Part shown: positions 8,683 through 17,177 of the stretch, piece by piece
Numbering within the stretch: the first letter of the stretch is position 1
How the letters are laid out: each line of letters starts with the position of its first letter
Origin: Candidatus Limnocylindria bacterium
GTDB lineage: Bacteria; Chloroflexota; Limnocylindria; QHBO01
Assembly: GCA_036261425.1 (NCBI GenBank)
Contig: DATAKU010000084.1
Location: forward strand, 1 to 34,053
DNA: 34,053 bases
Direction: 5' to 3'
Notes under the pieces: generated by a model
What the model was told of the DNA's origin: nothing
Databases searched by the model: none
Seen by the model: only the letters and a program-made list of their open reading frames with translations
Made by a program: the position numbers and the translations under genes

Positions 8683-10032
8683 ATGCCACCGCATCCACCT
8701 GCGGACGGACCGTCGACCGGCCGCCACTTCCCCGGCATCGGCCGCATCGGCTCGTTCCACCGCGACGCGAAGGTCTTCCTGGTCACGACCCTCGTCGCGG
8801 GCGCCGCGCTGAGCCTGTACTGGATCGACTTCAACCTGTACCTGGCCTCGCTCGGCTACTCGACCGCGACCATCGGCGTGGTGGCCACCATCGGCTCCAC
8901 CGCGGGCGCGCTCACCGCATTCCCGGCAAGCGCGCTGTCGGACCGGATCGGGCGTCGCGCCATCCTGGGCGGGGGCATGGCCCTGGCCGTGGTCGCGCTG
9001 CTCGGCCTGCTGACCTTCGACGCGCTGCCCCTCATCATCGTCTTCGCGGCGACCTGGGCCGTGGCGCAGCAGGCGTTCATGGTCGTCCAGATGCCGTTCC
9101 TGGCCGAGCACAGCGAGCCGGAGCACCGCAACGAGCTCTTCGCCCTGCAGGCGGCCATCCAGAGCGTGACCAACGTGCTGGCCGCGGCGCTCGGCGGCCT
9201 GCTCGCGACCAGCATCGCGCGAGCCGCCGGGCTGGACCCGGACGGGACCGATACCTATCGCCTGATCCTGGTGATGATGACCGTGCTGCTGGTCATCGGG
9301 CTGGGAACCATCGCCCTGCTCAGCGACGATCGGCCGCGCGCGGTCCGCGGGCCCGAGCGGCTGCGCTCGCTGGGGGAGCCGGCGGCCTTTCCGCCCGTCA
9401 GCCAGCGGCCGCGGACCTTCATGGGCGTGGTCATCCGCGACCGCGGTCGAGTCGTGCGGCTCCTGCTGCCCGGCTTCCTGATCGCGGTGGGCGCAGGCCA
9501 GGTGATCCCGTTCCTCAACCTGTTCGTGCAGGGCAAGTTCGGCCTGGACCTGGCCTCGCTGAACGCGCTCTTCGCCCTGACCAGCCTGGGGACCGTGGCC
9601 GCCATGCTGTTCCAGCCCACGTTGGCGCGCCGCTTCGGCCAGATCGGCTCGGTGGTCATCGTGCAGTCGGTCAGCATCCCGTTCCTGGTGGTGCTCGGCT
9701 TCTCGCCACTGCTGTGGACCGTCATCCTGGCCATGGTCGTCCGCAACTCGCTGATGAACGCGGGCAATCCGATCTTCTCCGCGTTCGCCATGGAGCAGGT
9801 GACGCCGGTCGAGCGCGCCACCCTGGCGGCGGCGATGAGCGTGCTCTGGCAGCTCGGCTGGGTGATCGGCGGCGCGTGGTACGCCACGCTGCAGGCTGTG
9901 CTCGGCTTCGACGCCGGCTACGCGGTGAACTTCCTGACCGTCATCACGCTCTACTCGGTCGCCACGATGCTCTACTGGCTCTGGTTCCGGGAGGTCGATC
10001 GACGGGCACTCGAGGCTCGGCGCGCCGCCTGA
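8683..10032 (+). CDS. MFS transporter (12-TMS type), substrate unknown
   Basis: Only the part of track ORF 7516-10032 from ATG 8683 onward is protein-like. It has multiple TM segments and MFS motif A (ALSDRIGRRAILGGG). Located between otsA and otsB. Confidence 0.75.
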   Translation: MPPHPPADGPSTGRHFPGIGRIGSFHRDAKVFLVTTLVAGAALSLYWIDFNLYLASLGYSTATIGVVATIGSTAGALTAFPASALSDRIGRRAILGGGMALAVVALLGLLTFDALPLIIVFAATWAVAQQAFMVVQMPFLAEHSEPEHRNELFALQAAIQSVTNVLAAALGGLLATSIARAAGLDPDGTDTYRLILVMMTVLLVIGLGTIALLSDDRPRAVRGPERLRSLGEPAAFPPVSQRPRTFMGVVIRDRGRVVRLLLPGFLIAVGAGQVIPFLNLFVQGKFGLDLASLNALFALTSLGTVAAMLFQPTLARRFGQIGSVVIVQSVSIPFLVVLGFSPLLWTVILAMVVRNSLMNAGNPIFSAFAMEQVTPVERATLAAAMSVLWQLGWVIGGAWYATLQAVLGFDAGYAVNFLTVITLYSVATMLYWLWFREVDRRALEARRAA

Positions 10033-10069
10033 CCGGGACGGATGGCCCGAGCTGGCGTCCGACGGACCC

Positions 10070-10888
10070 TCAGCTCCGGACCAATTTGGCGAGGAAGACC
10101 GCCGCCTCGGCCGGGTCAGCCAGGGTGACGTCGGCCGCCTCGATCACCGCGTCCGGGGCCTCGTGGTCCGCGCCACCGACCGCCACAACCACGCCCCGCA
10201 GCCGCCCGGCCCGCCGGGCCTCGGTCACGGCCGCGAACATGTCGAGGTCGGTGAGGTCGTCGCCCATCACGACTGCGCCGCGCAGCCCGAACCGCTCGAT
10301 GATCGCCCGCGTGGCGCTGCCCTTGTCCCCCAGGCCGGTGGGTCGCAGCTCCACGATCATGCGCCCGTGCCGCAGCTCGATGCCGTGGGCCACCGCGTCG
10401 CCCAGCGCATCGAGGATGGCCGCGCGCGCCGCGCCGGGATCCGGCGCGCCTCGATAGTGGACCGATGCGGAGATGCCCTTCGGCTCCTGGACGACGCCCG
10501 GAAGCCGCGGAATCCGAGCGAGCAGGCCGTCCAACCGCCCCTGGATGGCGGCCAGGTCCGGGCTGGTCGTGGGCTCGTCCGCGTCCGGCTCCAGCCACTC
10601 GGTCCCGTGGTTGCCGGCCACCAGGATGCCGGGGACGCCGACCATGCGGCGCGCATCGAGTGGCGCCCGGCCGGTGACGATGGCCACCACGGCGAGGCGT
10701 CGTGACAGCTCGGCCAGCGGCCCCTCGGCGCCCTCCACCAGCCGGGCCAGGGCCGGATCGGAGACGATCGGCGACAGCGTGCCGTCGAAATCGGTCAGGA
10801 GGCCTGCCGGCGACTCCGCCAGTGCCTCCCGCGCCAGCCCCAGGGCGCGGGACAGCGGTGCATCGGTGCTGCGGCTAGACTCGGGCAC
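10070..10888 (-). CDS. otsB: Trehalose-6-phosphate phosphatase (HAD superfamily)
   Basis: HAD motif I LLTDFDGTLSPIV, motif II IVTGR, a GNHG segment, and motif IV VVMGDDLTDLDMF. Size and order match OtsB. Start is uncertain; the GTG at 10888 abuts the neighbouring gene. Confidence 0.8.
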   Translation of the reverse strand: MPESSRSTDAPLSRALGLAREALAESPAGLLTDFDGTLSPIVSDPALARLVEGAEGPLAELSRRLAVVAIVTGRAPLDARRMVGVPGILVAGNHGTEWLEPDADEPTTSPDLAAIQGRLDGLLARIPRLPGVVQEPKGISASVHYRGAPDPGAARAAILDALGDAVAHGIELRHGRMIVELRPTGLGDKGSATRAIIERFGLRGAVVMGDDLTDLDMFAAVTEARRAGRLRGVVVAVGGADHEAPDAVIEAADVTLADPAEAAVFLAKLVRS

Positions 10889-11611
10889 GTGAAGCGTCTC
10901 TCCTCCTGGGCGCTGCCGATCGTCCTGGCGGTGGCGGGGGTCACCCTCATTATCGTCGGCTCGCTGGACCTCGACGGCGCGACGATCCCGAGCCTGGCAC
11001 CGATCGCCACGCCGACCCCGGTGGCCCGGGCATCCGACACGCCATCGCCGAGCGGGTCCTCGTCGGCGTCGACGGCTCCGAGCGGAACACCGATACCGTC
11101 GGCCTCGCCCACCGCCACGCCGAGCCGGTCACCCCTGCCCGATGACGTGGTCGCGGTCCAGCTCGACGTGCCCGCGGTCGGCATCCAGGTCCTGGTCAGG
11201 CAGTCGACCGGCGGCGGCGTGGACGTGTTCCCGCCTTCCGACGCGGCCTACATCCTGGCCGACAGCTCGCAGCCCGGGCGCGGAACGAACTCGTACGTCT
11301 TCGCGCACGCGCTGAACACGCTGTTCAAGCCGCTGTGGAACGTCCAGCTCGGTGACGAGGTGCTGGTGCGGATGTCGAACGACCAGGTGCTCAGCTACGT
11401 CGTGACCGAGGTGCGACCCAACGTCGCCTGCCCGGACGAGAGCGCCGAACCGCATCCGAACCCGCCGCTGCCGCTCCAGATCCACACGACCTGCGACGAG
11501 GCCCTCTTCTGGACGGAGCCGACCGACCACGAGCGGCTCACGCTGCAGACGTCGCAGGGCTACAACCGCAACTGGGGCGAGCTCGTCGTCATCGCCGAAC
11601 CGGCGGGCTGA
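10889..11611 (+). CDS. Membrane-anchored sortase-fold protein with a non-canonical active-site motif (TLQTS)
   Basis: N-terminal TM anchor (WALPIVLAVAGVTLIIVG), then a Pro/Ser/Thr linker. The sortase-like core has TNSYVFAHALNTLFKPLWNVQLGDEVLV...LSYVVTEV...PTDHERLTLQTSQGYNRNWGELVVIA. His and Arg sit at the expected positions, but Ser sits where the catalytic Cys of TLxTC is expected. Confidence 0.55.
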   Translation: MKRLSSWALPIVLAVAGVTLIIVGSLDLDGATIPSLAPIATPTPVARASDTPSPSGSSSASTAPSGTPIPSASPTATPSRSPLPDDVVAVQLDVPAVGIQVLVRQSTGGGVDVFPPSDAAYILADSSQPGRGTNSYVFAHALNTLFKPLWNVQLGDEVLVRMSNDQVLSYVVTEVRPNVACPDESAEPHPNPPLPLQIHTTCDEALFWTEPTDHERLTLQTSQGYNRNWGELVVIAEPAG

Positions 11612-13217
11612 CCTCGGGGTCGGGCACCGATGCCGGCGGCGGCTCGTCGGACGGTGACCGGCCGCGGACAAACCAGGCCGGGACCAGGGTGGCCAGCGCG
11701 ACCCCGACGGCGATGGTGAAGACGAGCTGGAGCACCGATGCGGCCTCGCCTCGCGACCACGTCTCGAGGATGCCCACCAGCTCCAGCGACGTGTTGGGGT
11801 CGACGCCCACGAACTCGGGCCGCCCCAGCTGGCGCACCAGCTCGTCGCGCCGGACAGGGTCGTTGACGAGCTCGGAGGCCTCGTCGATCCGGTTCTGCCC
11901 GATCGACGTGAGCAGGGCCAGCCCGACGCTCATCCCGATCGTCCTGGTGATCTGGAGCATCGCGCTGGCCACGCCGTAGGCTCCGGCACCGGCCGCCTCC
12001 ACGGCGGCGGTGGCCCGCGGCGAAACGGTGAGGCCGAATCCGGCACCGAAGACCGCCAGGTCCCGCACCAGCATGTCGCGGTCGGTCGTCATGCCCCAGC
12101 CCAGCGCCAGGGCCAGGCCGGCGGCGCTGACGAGCACCCCCACCACGGTGACGATCCGCTCGCCGATGAAGCCGCTCAGCACCCCACCGACCACCGCGGT
12201 GGCGGCGATGGCCAGGGTCAGGGCGGTCAGGGCGATCGACGCATCGGCCTCACCGGCGAACAGGACCCGGTTGACGAACACCGGCCCGCCGATCACCGCG
12301 GTGGCCAGGGTGTACCCGGTGAGCAGGCTGACGCCGTTGGCCGCGCTGAAGGCGCGGTCGGCGAACAGGCGAAGGTCGACCAGCGGTGCCCGCGAGCGCA
12401 GTTCCCACCCCGCGAAGGCAGCGAATGCCACCACGCCCAGGCCGATGCCCCCGAGAACCAGCGGGTCGCTCCAGCCCGCGGCGCCCGAGAGGGTCACCGC
12501 ACCGATGCCGGCGACGAGCGCCAGGCTCAGCAGGAGCGCGCCGAGCAGGTCGAGCCCGCCCCGCACCCGAGGCGTTTCGATGCCCCCGGCAACCACGTAG
12601 ATGAGGAGCAGCGTGACGATCCCGATCGGCACGTTCAGCAGGAAGATCCACTGCCAGCTGGCCATGTCGAGCCCGGGGATGGGCAGGTGGAAGTTGAGGA
12701 GCACCCACGCCCCGTAGGCCGGACCGATGGCCATGCCGACGTAGGTCGCCGCGCCCTCCACGCCCAGGGCGGTCGCTCGGGCACGGCCGACGAACAGGTG
12801 GCTGGCGAGGGCCATCGAGAGCGGCACCAGCGCGCCGCCGCCGAACCCCTGGACGACGCGCCAGCCGATGAGCCAGGTCAGCCCGTCCTCCGGGCCGGCC
12901 ATGCGCGACAGCCCGGCGCCGGCGCTGCCGATCACGAACAGGAGCAGCGCCACCACGTACAGCCGCAGCGCGCCCCACAGGTCGGCGCCGCGTCCGGCCA
13001 GGGGCATGGCGACCACGTAGGCGAGCAGGTAGGCGTTGACGATCCAGCTGACCCGCGCGAGGTCGGTCCATCCGCCGAAGTCGGCCACGATGGCGGGCAG
13101 GGCGATGGCCACCACCATGAGCTCGGCGCCGCCGAGGAACACCCCCAGGCTGGCGAAGGCCAGCGCGGCCCATGCCGCCACCGGGTGGAGCCGGACCGTC
13201 GGCACCGGACCGCTCAC
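11589..13217 (-). CDS. MFS transporter, DHA2 (EmrB/QacA-like, ~14 TMS)
   Basis: 542 aa. LPAIVADFGGWTDLARVSWIVNAYLLAYVVAMPLAGRGADLWG resembles the EmrB-family N-terminal signature. Many TM segments. Its start overlaps the stop of the upstream permease by 4 nt. Confidence 0.8.
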   Translation of the reverse strand: MSGPVPTVRLHPVAAWAALAFASLGVFLGGAELMVVAIALPAIVADFGGWTDLARVSWIVNAYLLAYVVAMPLAGRGADLWGALRLYVVALLLFVIGSAGAGLSRMAGPEDGLTWLIGWRVVQGFGGGALVPLSMALASHLFVGRARATALGVEGAATYVGMAIGPAYGAWVLLNFHLPIPGLDMASWQWIFLLNVPIGIVTLLLIYVVAGGIETPRVRGGLDLLGALLLSLALVAGIGAVTLSGAAGWSDPLVLGGIGLGVVAFAAFAGWELRSRAPLVDLRLFADRAFSAANGVSLLTGYTLATAVIGGPVFVNRVLFAGEADASIALTALTLAIAATAVVGGVLSGFIGERIVTVVGVLVSAAGLALALGWGMTTDRDMLVRDLAVFGAGFGLTVSPRATAAVEAAGAGAYGVASAMLQITRTIGMSVGLALLTSIGQNRIDEASELVNDPVRRDELVRQLGRPEFVGVDPNTSLELVGILETWSRGEAASVLQLVFTIAVGVALATLVPAWFVRGRSPSDEPPPASVPDPEVSPPVRR

Positions 13218-13912
13218 AGCTCGACGCGCTCGAGCAGCGCTCGGGCGATCACCGTCATGACGGCGGCCATGGCCAAGCTCATCCCTGCGGCGCGGAGGGC
13301 CGGTCCGGCCAGGGCCGGCATCTCGGCCGCGCGAGCGAGGAGCGGCAGCGCGGCCCCGGGCACGACCTCAGGCACGGACCAGGACCAGGCGGCCACCACG
13401 ACACCAGCGCCGATGGCGCCGGTGACCACCGCGGCTGCGAGCGGCACCGGCAGCGCGATGCCCACGACCAGCCCACTCGCGACGACGGTCACGCACCAGC
13501 CGCCGATGGCCGCCATGGCGGCCGCATAGCCGGCGGGCGTCAGCTGGGGCAGCAGCGGCGCGACGGCGACCCACACCAGCGTCGCCGCGGCGACCAGGCC
13601 GGCCAGGGCGGCAATGCCGAAGGCCCCCAGCCATCCGGCGACGATGCTGCCACGACCGACCGACCGCGCGGCGAGCCAGCCAGCGCGGCCGCTGCGGCGC
13701 TCCTCGGCCATCGACCACGCCGCCATGGCTCCGGTCAGCGCCACGGCGACGGCCAGTCCCAGGGCGAGCCATTCGAGGGTGACGCTGGCGCCGCGGGCGA
13801 CGAAGGTGGCCACGGTGCCCCCGGCGACGAACGCGACCAGGATCAGCAGCAGGCGGAACGAGATCCACAGCTCCCGCAGGGCGAGCCAGGCGACGACGGT
13901 GGTGTGGCTCAC
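13214..13912 (-). CDS. ABC-2-type transporter permease (6 TM)
   Basis: Only the C-terminal 232 codons of track ORF 13214-14455 are membrane-protein-like (VSHTTVVAWLALRELWISFRLLLILVAFV...). GTG at 13912-13910 overlaps the stop of the upstream NBD gene (GTGA). Confidence 0.6.
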   Translation of the reverse strand: MSHTTVVAWLALRELWISFRLLLILVAFVAGGTVATFVARGASVTLEWLALGLAVAVALTGAMAAWSMAEERRSGRAGWLAARSVGRGSIVAGWLGAFGIAALAGLVAAATLVWVAVAPLLPQLTPAGYAAAMAAIGGWCVTVVASGLVVGIALPVPLAAAVVTGAIGAGVVVAAWSWSVPEVVPGAALPLLARAAEMPALAGPALRAAGMSLAMAAVMTVIARALLERVEL

Positions 13913-14739
13913 TGCGCGCGGGCCGCCTCGTGAAGCGGCGGCACCGGGCCGGACGCGCGGGGGATGCGCCGCGCCAGCGCCCCGATCCCGTCGGCGGAGA
14001 GGGGCAGTCCGGCCGACTCCAGCTCCGCCATCGGCGCCAGCAGGGCCAGGCCCCGCGCGCGCACCAGGGCCACGTGGCTGAACAGCCCGGCCTCGCGCTC
14101 CGGGTACCGGCTGGCCAGGATGACCGTGCGGCGCGGACCGGGCAGCCGCAGGAGACGCGTCCGCTCGTGGAGCGCCACCGAGCGCAGCGGATCCTCGAGC
14201 AGGAGCACCTCGGGGTCGCCGACCAACGCGGCCGCGAGTGCGGTCCGCTCGGCCAGCGCGTGCCCGCCGTGCCGCACGGCGCGCTCGGCTGCCCCGGGGT
14301 CGATCCGGGTCCAGGCCAGGGCGCGCGCGATCCGCCGCTCGGCGTCGGGGTCGGACAGTCCCAGCAGGTCGGTGGCGAGGGACAGTACCTCCCGTGGCGT
14401 CATCCACGGCCGAATGCCGGCGCGCGGGCCGAGGTAGGCGACGCGGCGGCCCCACCCGTCGATCGAGGGGTCGTCGAGCCCGGCCAGTCGCATGCGCCCG
14501 GCGGAGGCTCGCACCAGGCCGGCGAGCACGCGGATCAGGGCCGATGCGGCGGTCGGCGGGTCGCCCACCAGGAGGAGGCGCATGCCGACCGGCACGGACA
14601 GCGTCAGCCCGGTGAGGCGGCCATCAACCCGGATGCCGCTGCAGCCGACGGCGGTCGGGCGCAGGCGTCGGGCCGACGCCGTGCTCCACAGCGCATCGGG
14701 GGTCGAGCTGGTCAGGAACGCACCTCCTCCTCGAGCCAT
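13909..14739 (-). CDS. ABC-type nucleotide-binding-domain homologue with degenerate catalytic motifs
   Basis: Collinear with ABC NBDs, but Walker A is GDPPTAAS (no Lys), the signature is HGGHALAERT instead of LSGGQ, Walker B is VLLLEDP, and the H-loop region is ASRYP. Coupled to the downstream permease. Confidence 0.6.
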   Translation of the reverse strand: MARGGGAFLTSSTPDALWSTASARRLRPTAVGCSGIRVDGRLTGLTLSVPVGMRLLLVGDPPTAASALIRVLAGLVRASAGRMRLAGLDDPSIDGWGRRVAYLGPRAGIRPWMTPREVLSLATDLLGLSDPDAERRIARALAWTRIDPGAAERAVRHGGHALAERTALAAALVGDPEVLLLEDPLRSVALHERTRLLRLPGPRRTVILASRYPEREAGLFSHVALVRARGLALLAPMAELESAGLPLSADGIGALARRIPRASGPVPPLHEAARAQ

Positions 14740-14774
14740 CGCCTCGGCGGCCGGCCGATGCTAGCACTGCGTCC

Positions 14775-14803
14775 TTGACGCGGTGGGGGCCGGTCCATAT
14801 GAT
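14775..14803 (+). promoter_or_regulatory. Sigma-70-like promoter for the arsR-PI/PIM operon
   Basis: TTGACG (14775-14780), a 17-nt spacer, then TATGAT (14798-14803). It lies in an AT-rich island that stands out in this GC-rich sequence, ~27 nt upstream of the first candidate start. Confidence 0.5.
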
Positions 14804-14817
14804 AAGCGCCTGCTTAT
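14802..14817. promoter_or_regulatory. Inverted repeat ATAAGC-N4-GCTTAT, candidate ArsR-family operator
   Basis: Perfect 6-bp arms, read directly. It overlaps the -10 element and the predicted transcription start, and lies in the shared intergenic region of two divergent operons. Confidence 0.4.
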
Positions 14818-14829
14818 ATAAATCCGCAT

Positions 14830-15210
14830 TTGATAAAGAAGCGCTTTGTGATCAGCCCCGCGCCGGAATCCCCCGGCGAGCAGGACCTCCGCCGGCTTCG
14901 CACCCTGTACCGCGCCCTGGGCGACGAGACGCGCCTGCGCGTCATCGGCGTCCTGGCCGAGGTCGGACCCGTGCCCGTGCGCGAGCTGTCCGCTCGCGTC
15001 GGGCTGTCGCAGCCGCTCATCAGCTGGCACCTCCGCATCCTGCGTCTCGCCGGCCTCATCGACACGCGGCGCCAGGGCCGAGAGGTCATCTGCCGCCTGC
15101 GGACGGCCGCGTTCGAGGAGCTTCACGAGGCCGAGGCGCGCCTGGTCGCCGGCACCGCCGGCATTGCGTCGGCGCCCGCATCGGCCGGGGAGGTCCCGGA
15201 TGTCGGCTAG
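14830..15210 (+). CDS. ArsR/SmtB-family winged-helix transcriptional regulator
   Basis: LYRALGDETRLRVIGVLAEVGPVPVRELSARVGLSQPLISWHLRILRLAGLIDTRRQGREVICRL is the ArsR HTH_5 pattern. There is no ELCVCDL-type metal site. Start is TTG 14830, or GTG 14848 preceded by AAGAAG. Confidence 0.85.
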   Translation: MIKKRFVISPAPESPGEQDLRRLRTLYRALGDETRLRVIGVLAEVGPVPVRELSARVGLSQPLISWHLRILRLAGLIDTRRQGREVICRLRTAAFEELHEAEARLVAGTAGIASAPASAGEVPDVG

Positions 15211-15877
15211 CAGCCGCGAGGGGACACCGGAGCTCCGACGCAGCCAGTCGGCGCTGCCTCCCGGCGTGAAGGAGGCGGGACGCGCCGTCCTGACCCCGGT
15301 CGTGCGCCTGGCCATGGCGCTGCACCTGACGCCGAACCGCATCACCGTCATCGGCCTGGGCATCACGATCGTGGCGTCGGCGCTGGTCGCGGCCGGCTGG
15401 CTGGTGCTGGCCGCCGCCATCCTGACCGCCGGCTCGCTGCTGGATGCGGTCGACGGCGCGCTGGCCCGGGCGCAGGGCAACGTGACCGCCTTCGGCGGCT
15501 TCCTCGACTCGACCCTTGACCGGGCCGGCGAGGCCATCATCTACATCGGCGTCGGCGCCTGGCTCCTCAGCGCGCTGGAGGAGCCGCTGTGGCCGGTCGT
15601 GGCCGCCATGACCGCCCTGGCCGCATCGTTCCTGGTCAGCTACGCGCACGCGCGCGCCCAGGGCATCGGTCTGGCCGCGGACATCGGGCTCGCCCCCCGG
15701 ACCGAGCGCCTGGTCCTCGTCATCGCCGGCATCGCGCTCGCCGGCATCGGCTTCACCGCCGGCCTGGTGGGGGCCCTCGTCATCATCGCCGCGCTGGCCG
15801 CGGTGACCGTCTTTCAGCGGATCCGGCACGTCTGGCACCTGAGCCGGGCCGCCGGCAGCGACAGCAAGGAGAACTGA
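15200..15877 (+). CDS. CDP-alcohol phosphatidyltransferase, probable phosphatidylinositol-phosphate synthase (PgsA1-like)
   Basis: Signature DAVDGALARAQGNVTAFGGFLDSTLDR fits D-x2-D-G-x2-A-R-x8-G-x3-D-x3-D. About 6 TM. ATG 15200 is preceded by GGGGAGG and overlaps the arsR stop by 11 nt. ino1 is the next gene. Confidence 0.8.
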   Translation: MSASSREGTPELRRSQSALPPGVKEAGRAVLTPVVRLAMALHLTPNRITVIGLGITIVASALVAAGWLVLAAAILTAGSLLDAVDGALARAQGNVTAFGGFLDSTLDRAGEAIIYIGVGAWLLSALEEPLWPVVAAMTALAASFLVSYAHARAQGIGLAADIGLAPRTERLVLVIAGIALAGIGFTAGLVGALVIIAALAAVTVFQRIRHVWHLSRAAGSDSKEN

Positions 15878-15883
15878 CCGACC

Positions 15884-17113
15884 GTGGCAACGACCACCGA
15901 CAAGGCCGCCAGCAACGGCCACAAGCCCAGCGACGGCAAGGTCCGCGTCGCCATCGTCGGCGTCGGCAACTGCGCCAGCAGCCTGGTCCAGGGCCGCTAC
16001 CACTACGCCGATGCGAAGGACGGCGACTTCATCCCGGGGCTCATGCACGTGAACCTGGGCGGGTATCACATCCGCGACATCGAGTTCGTCGCCGCCTTCG
16101 ACATCGACCGCAACAAGGTCGGCAAGGACCTCTCCGAGGCGATCTACACCGAGCCGAACAACACGTTCCGCTTCGCCGACGTGCCGCACCTGGGCGTGCC
16201 GGTCGAGCGCGGCATGACGCACGACGGCCTGGGCAAGTACCTGTCGGAGATCATCGAGAAGGCGCCCGGCCCGACGGCCGACATCGTGGGCATCCTCAAG
16301 GAGCGCGAGGTCGACGTCATGGTCAGCTACCTGCCGGTCGGCAGCGAGCAGGCCACCAAGTGGTACGCCGAGCAGGCGATCCAGGCCGGCGTCGCCTTCG
16401 TGAACGCCATCCCGGTCTTCATCGGCCGCGAGCCGTACTGGCAGCGGCGCTTCGCCGAGGCCGGCCTGCCGATCATCGGCGACGACATCAAGAGCCAGGT
16501 CGGCGCCACCATCACCCACCGCGTGCTCACCCGCCTGTTCATGGACCGCGGCGTGAGGATCGACCGCACCTACCAGCTGAACTTCGGCGGCAACACCGAC
16601 TTCCTCAACATGCTCGAGCGTGAGCGCCTCGAGTCGAAGAAGATCAGCAAGACCAACGCGGTGACCAGCATGATCGACTACGAGGTCGCCGACGAGGACG
16701 TCCACGTCGGGCCGTCCGACTACGTGCCGTGGCTGAAGGACCGCAAGTGGTGCCACATCCGGATGGAGGGCACCACCTACGGCGACGTCCCGCTCAACCT
16801 CGAGCTCAAGCTCGAGGTGTGGGACTCCCCCAACAGCGCCGGCGTCATCACCGATGCCATCCGCTGCGCGAAGCTCGGCCTCGACCGCGGCCTGGCCGGG
16901 ACGCTCGTCGCGCCGAGCTCCTACTTCATGAAGAGCCCGCCGATCCAGATCCACGACGACGTCGCCCACAACCGGGTGGAGGACTTCATCCGCGGCGACG
17001 ACAACGAGACCCTGGTCGGCACCGAGAAGCTCGAGGCGCGCAAGCCGAAGCGCGTCGCCGCCCCGAAGGGGAAGGCGGCCAAGGCCCGCGCCGAGACCGC
17101 GGACGTCGGCTGA
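15884..17113 (+). CDS. ino1: myo-Inositol-1-phosphate synthase
   Basis: [19 protein letters not shown] (NAD-binding N-terminus, as in actinobacterial Ino1), SYLPVGS and [19 protein letters not shown]. Has a Lys-rich ~35-aa C-terminal tail. Confidence 0.9.
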   Translation: MATTTDKAASNGHKPSDGKVRVAIVGVGNCASSLVQGRYHYADAKDGDFIPGLMHVNLGGYHIRDIEFVAAFDIDRNKVGKDLSEAIYTEPNNTFRFADVPHLGVPVERGMTHDGLGKYLSEIIEKAPGPTADIVGILKEREVDVMVSYLPVGSEQATKWYAEQAIQAGVAFVNAIPVFIGREPYWQRRFAEAGLPIIGDDIKSQVGATITHRVLTRLFMDRGVRIDRTYQLNFGGNTDFLNMLERERLESKKISKTNAVTSMIDYEVADEDVHVGPSDYVPWLKDRKWCHIRMEGTTYGDVPLNLELKLEVWDSPNSAGVITDAIRCAKLGLDRGLAGTLVAPSSYFMKSPPIQIHDDVAHNRVEDFIRGDDNETLVGTEKLEARKPKRVAAPKGKAAKARAETADVG

Positions 17114-17177
17114 GATCGCATCCCCAGGGTGGCGGGCGTGAGCAGCGTCCGCCGCTTCCGGGGATAATCGCTCGCAG

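Noticed and set aside
13913-14455. N-terminal extensions of track ORFs: 13214-14455; likewise 21849-22442, 22841-23035, 24686-24886, 15164-15199, 18089-18199, 27178-27369.
   Set aside because: The extensions overlap the upstream gene in another frame and are Arg/Pro-rich. Internal starts coincide with 4-nt stop/start overlaps or SD motifs and with the onset of domain-like sequence.
15200-15877. Alternative reading of the CDP-alcohol phosphatidyltransferase + ino1 pair as di-myo-inositol-phosphate (compatible solute) synthesis.
   Set aside because: There is no cytidylyltransferase (IPCT) domain, fused or adjacent. The gene is flanked by lipid acyltransferases and a PimA-like GT4, matching the mycobacterial pgsA1-patA-pimA arrangement. 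It remains a formal alternative until assayed.
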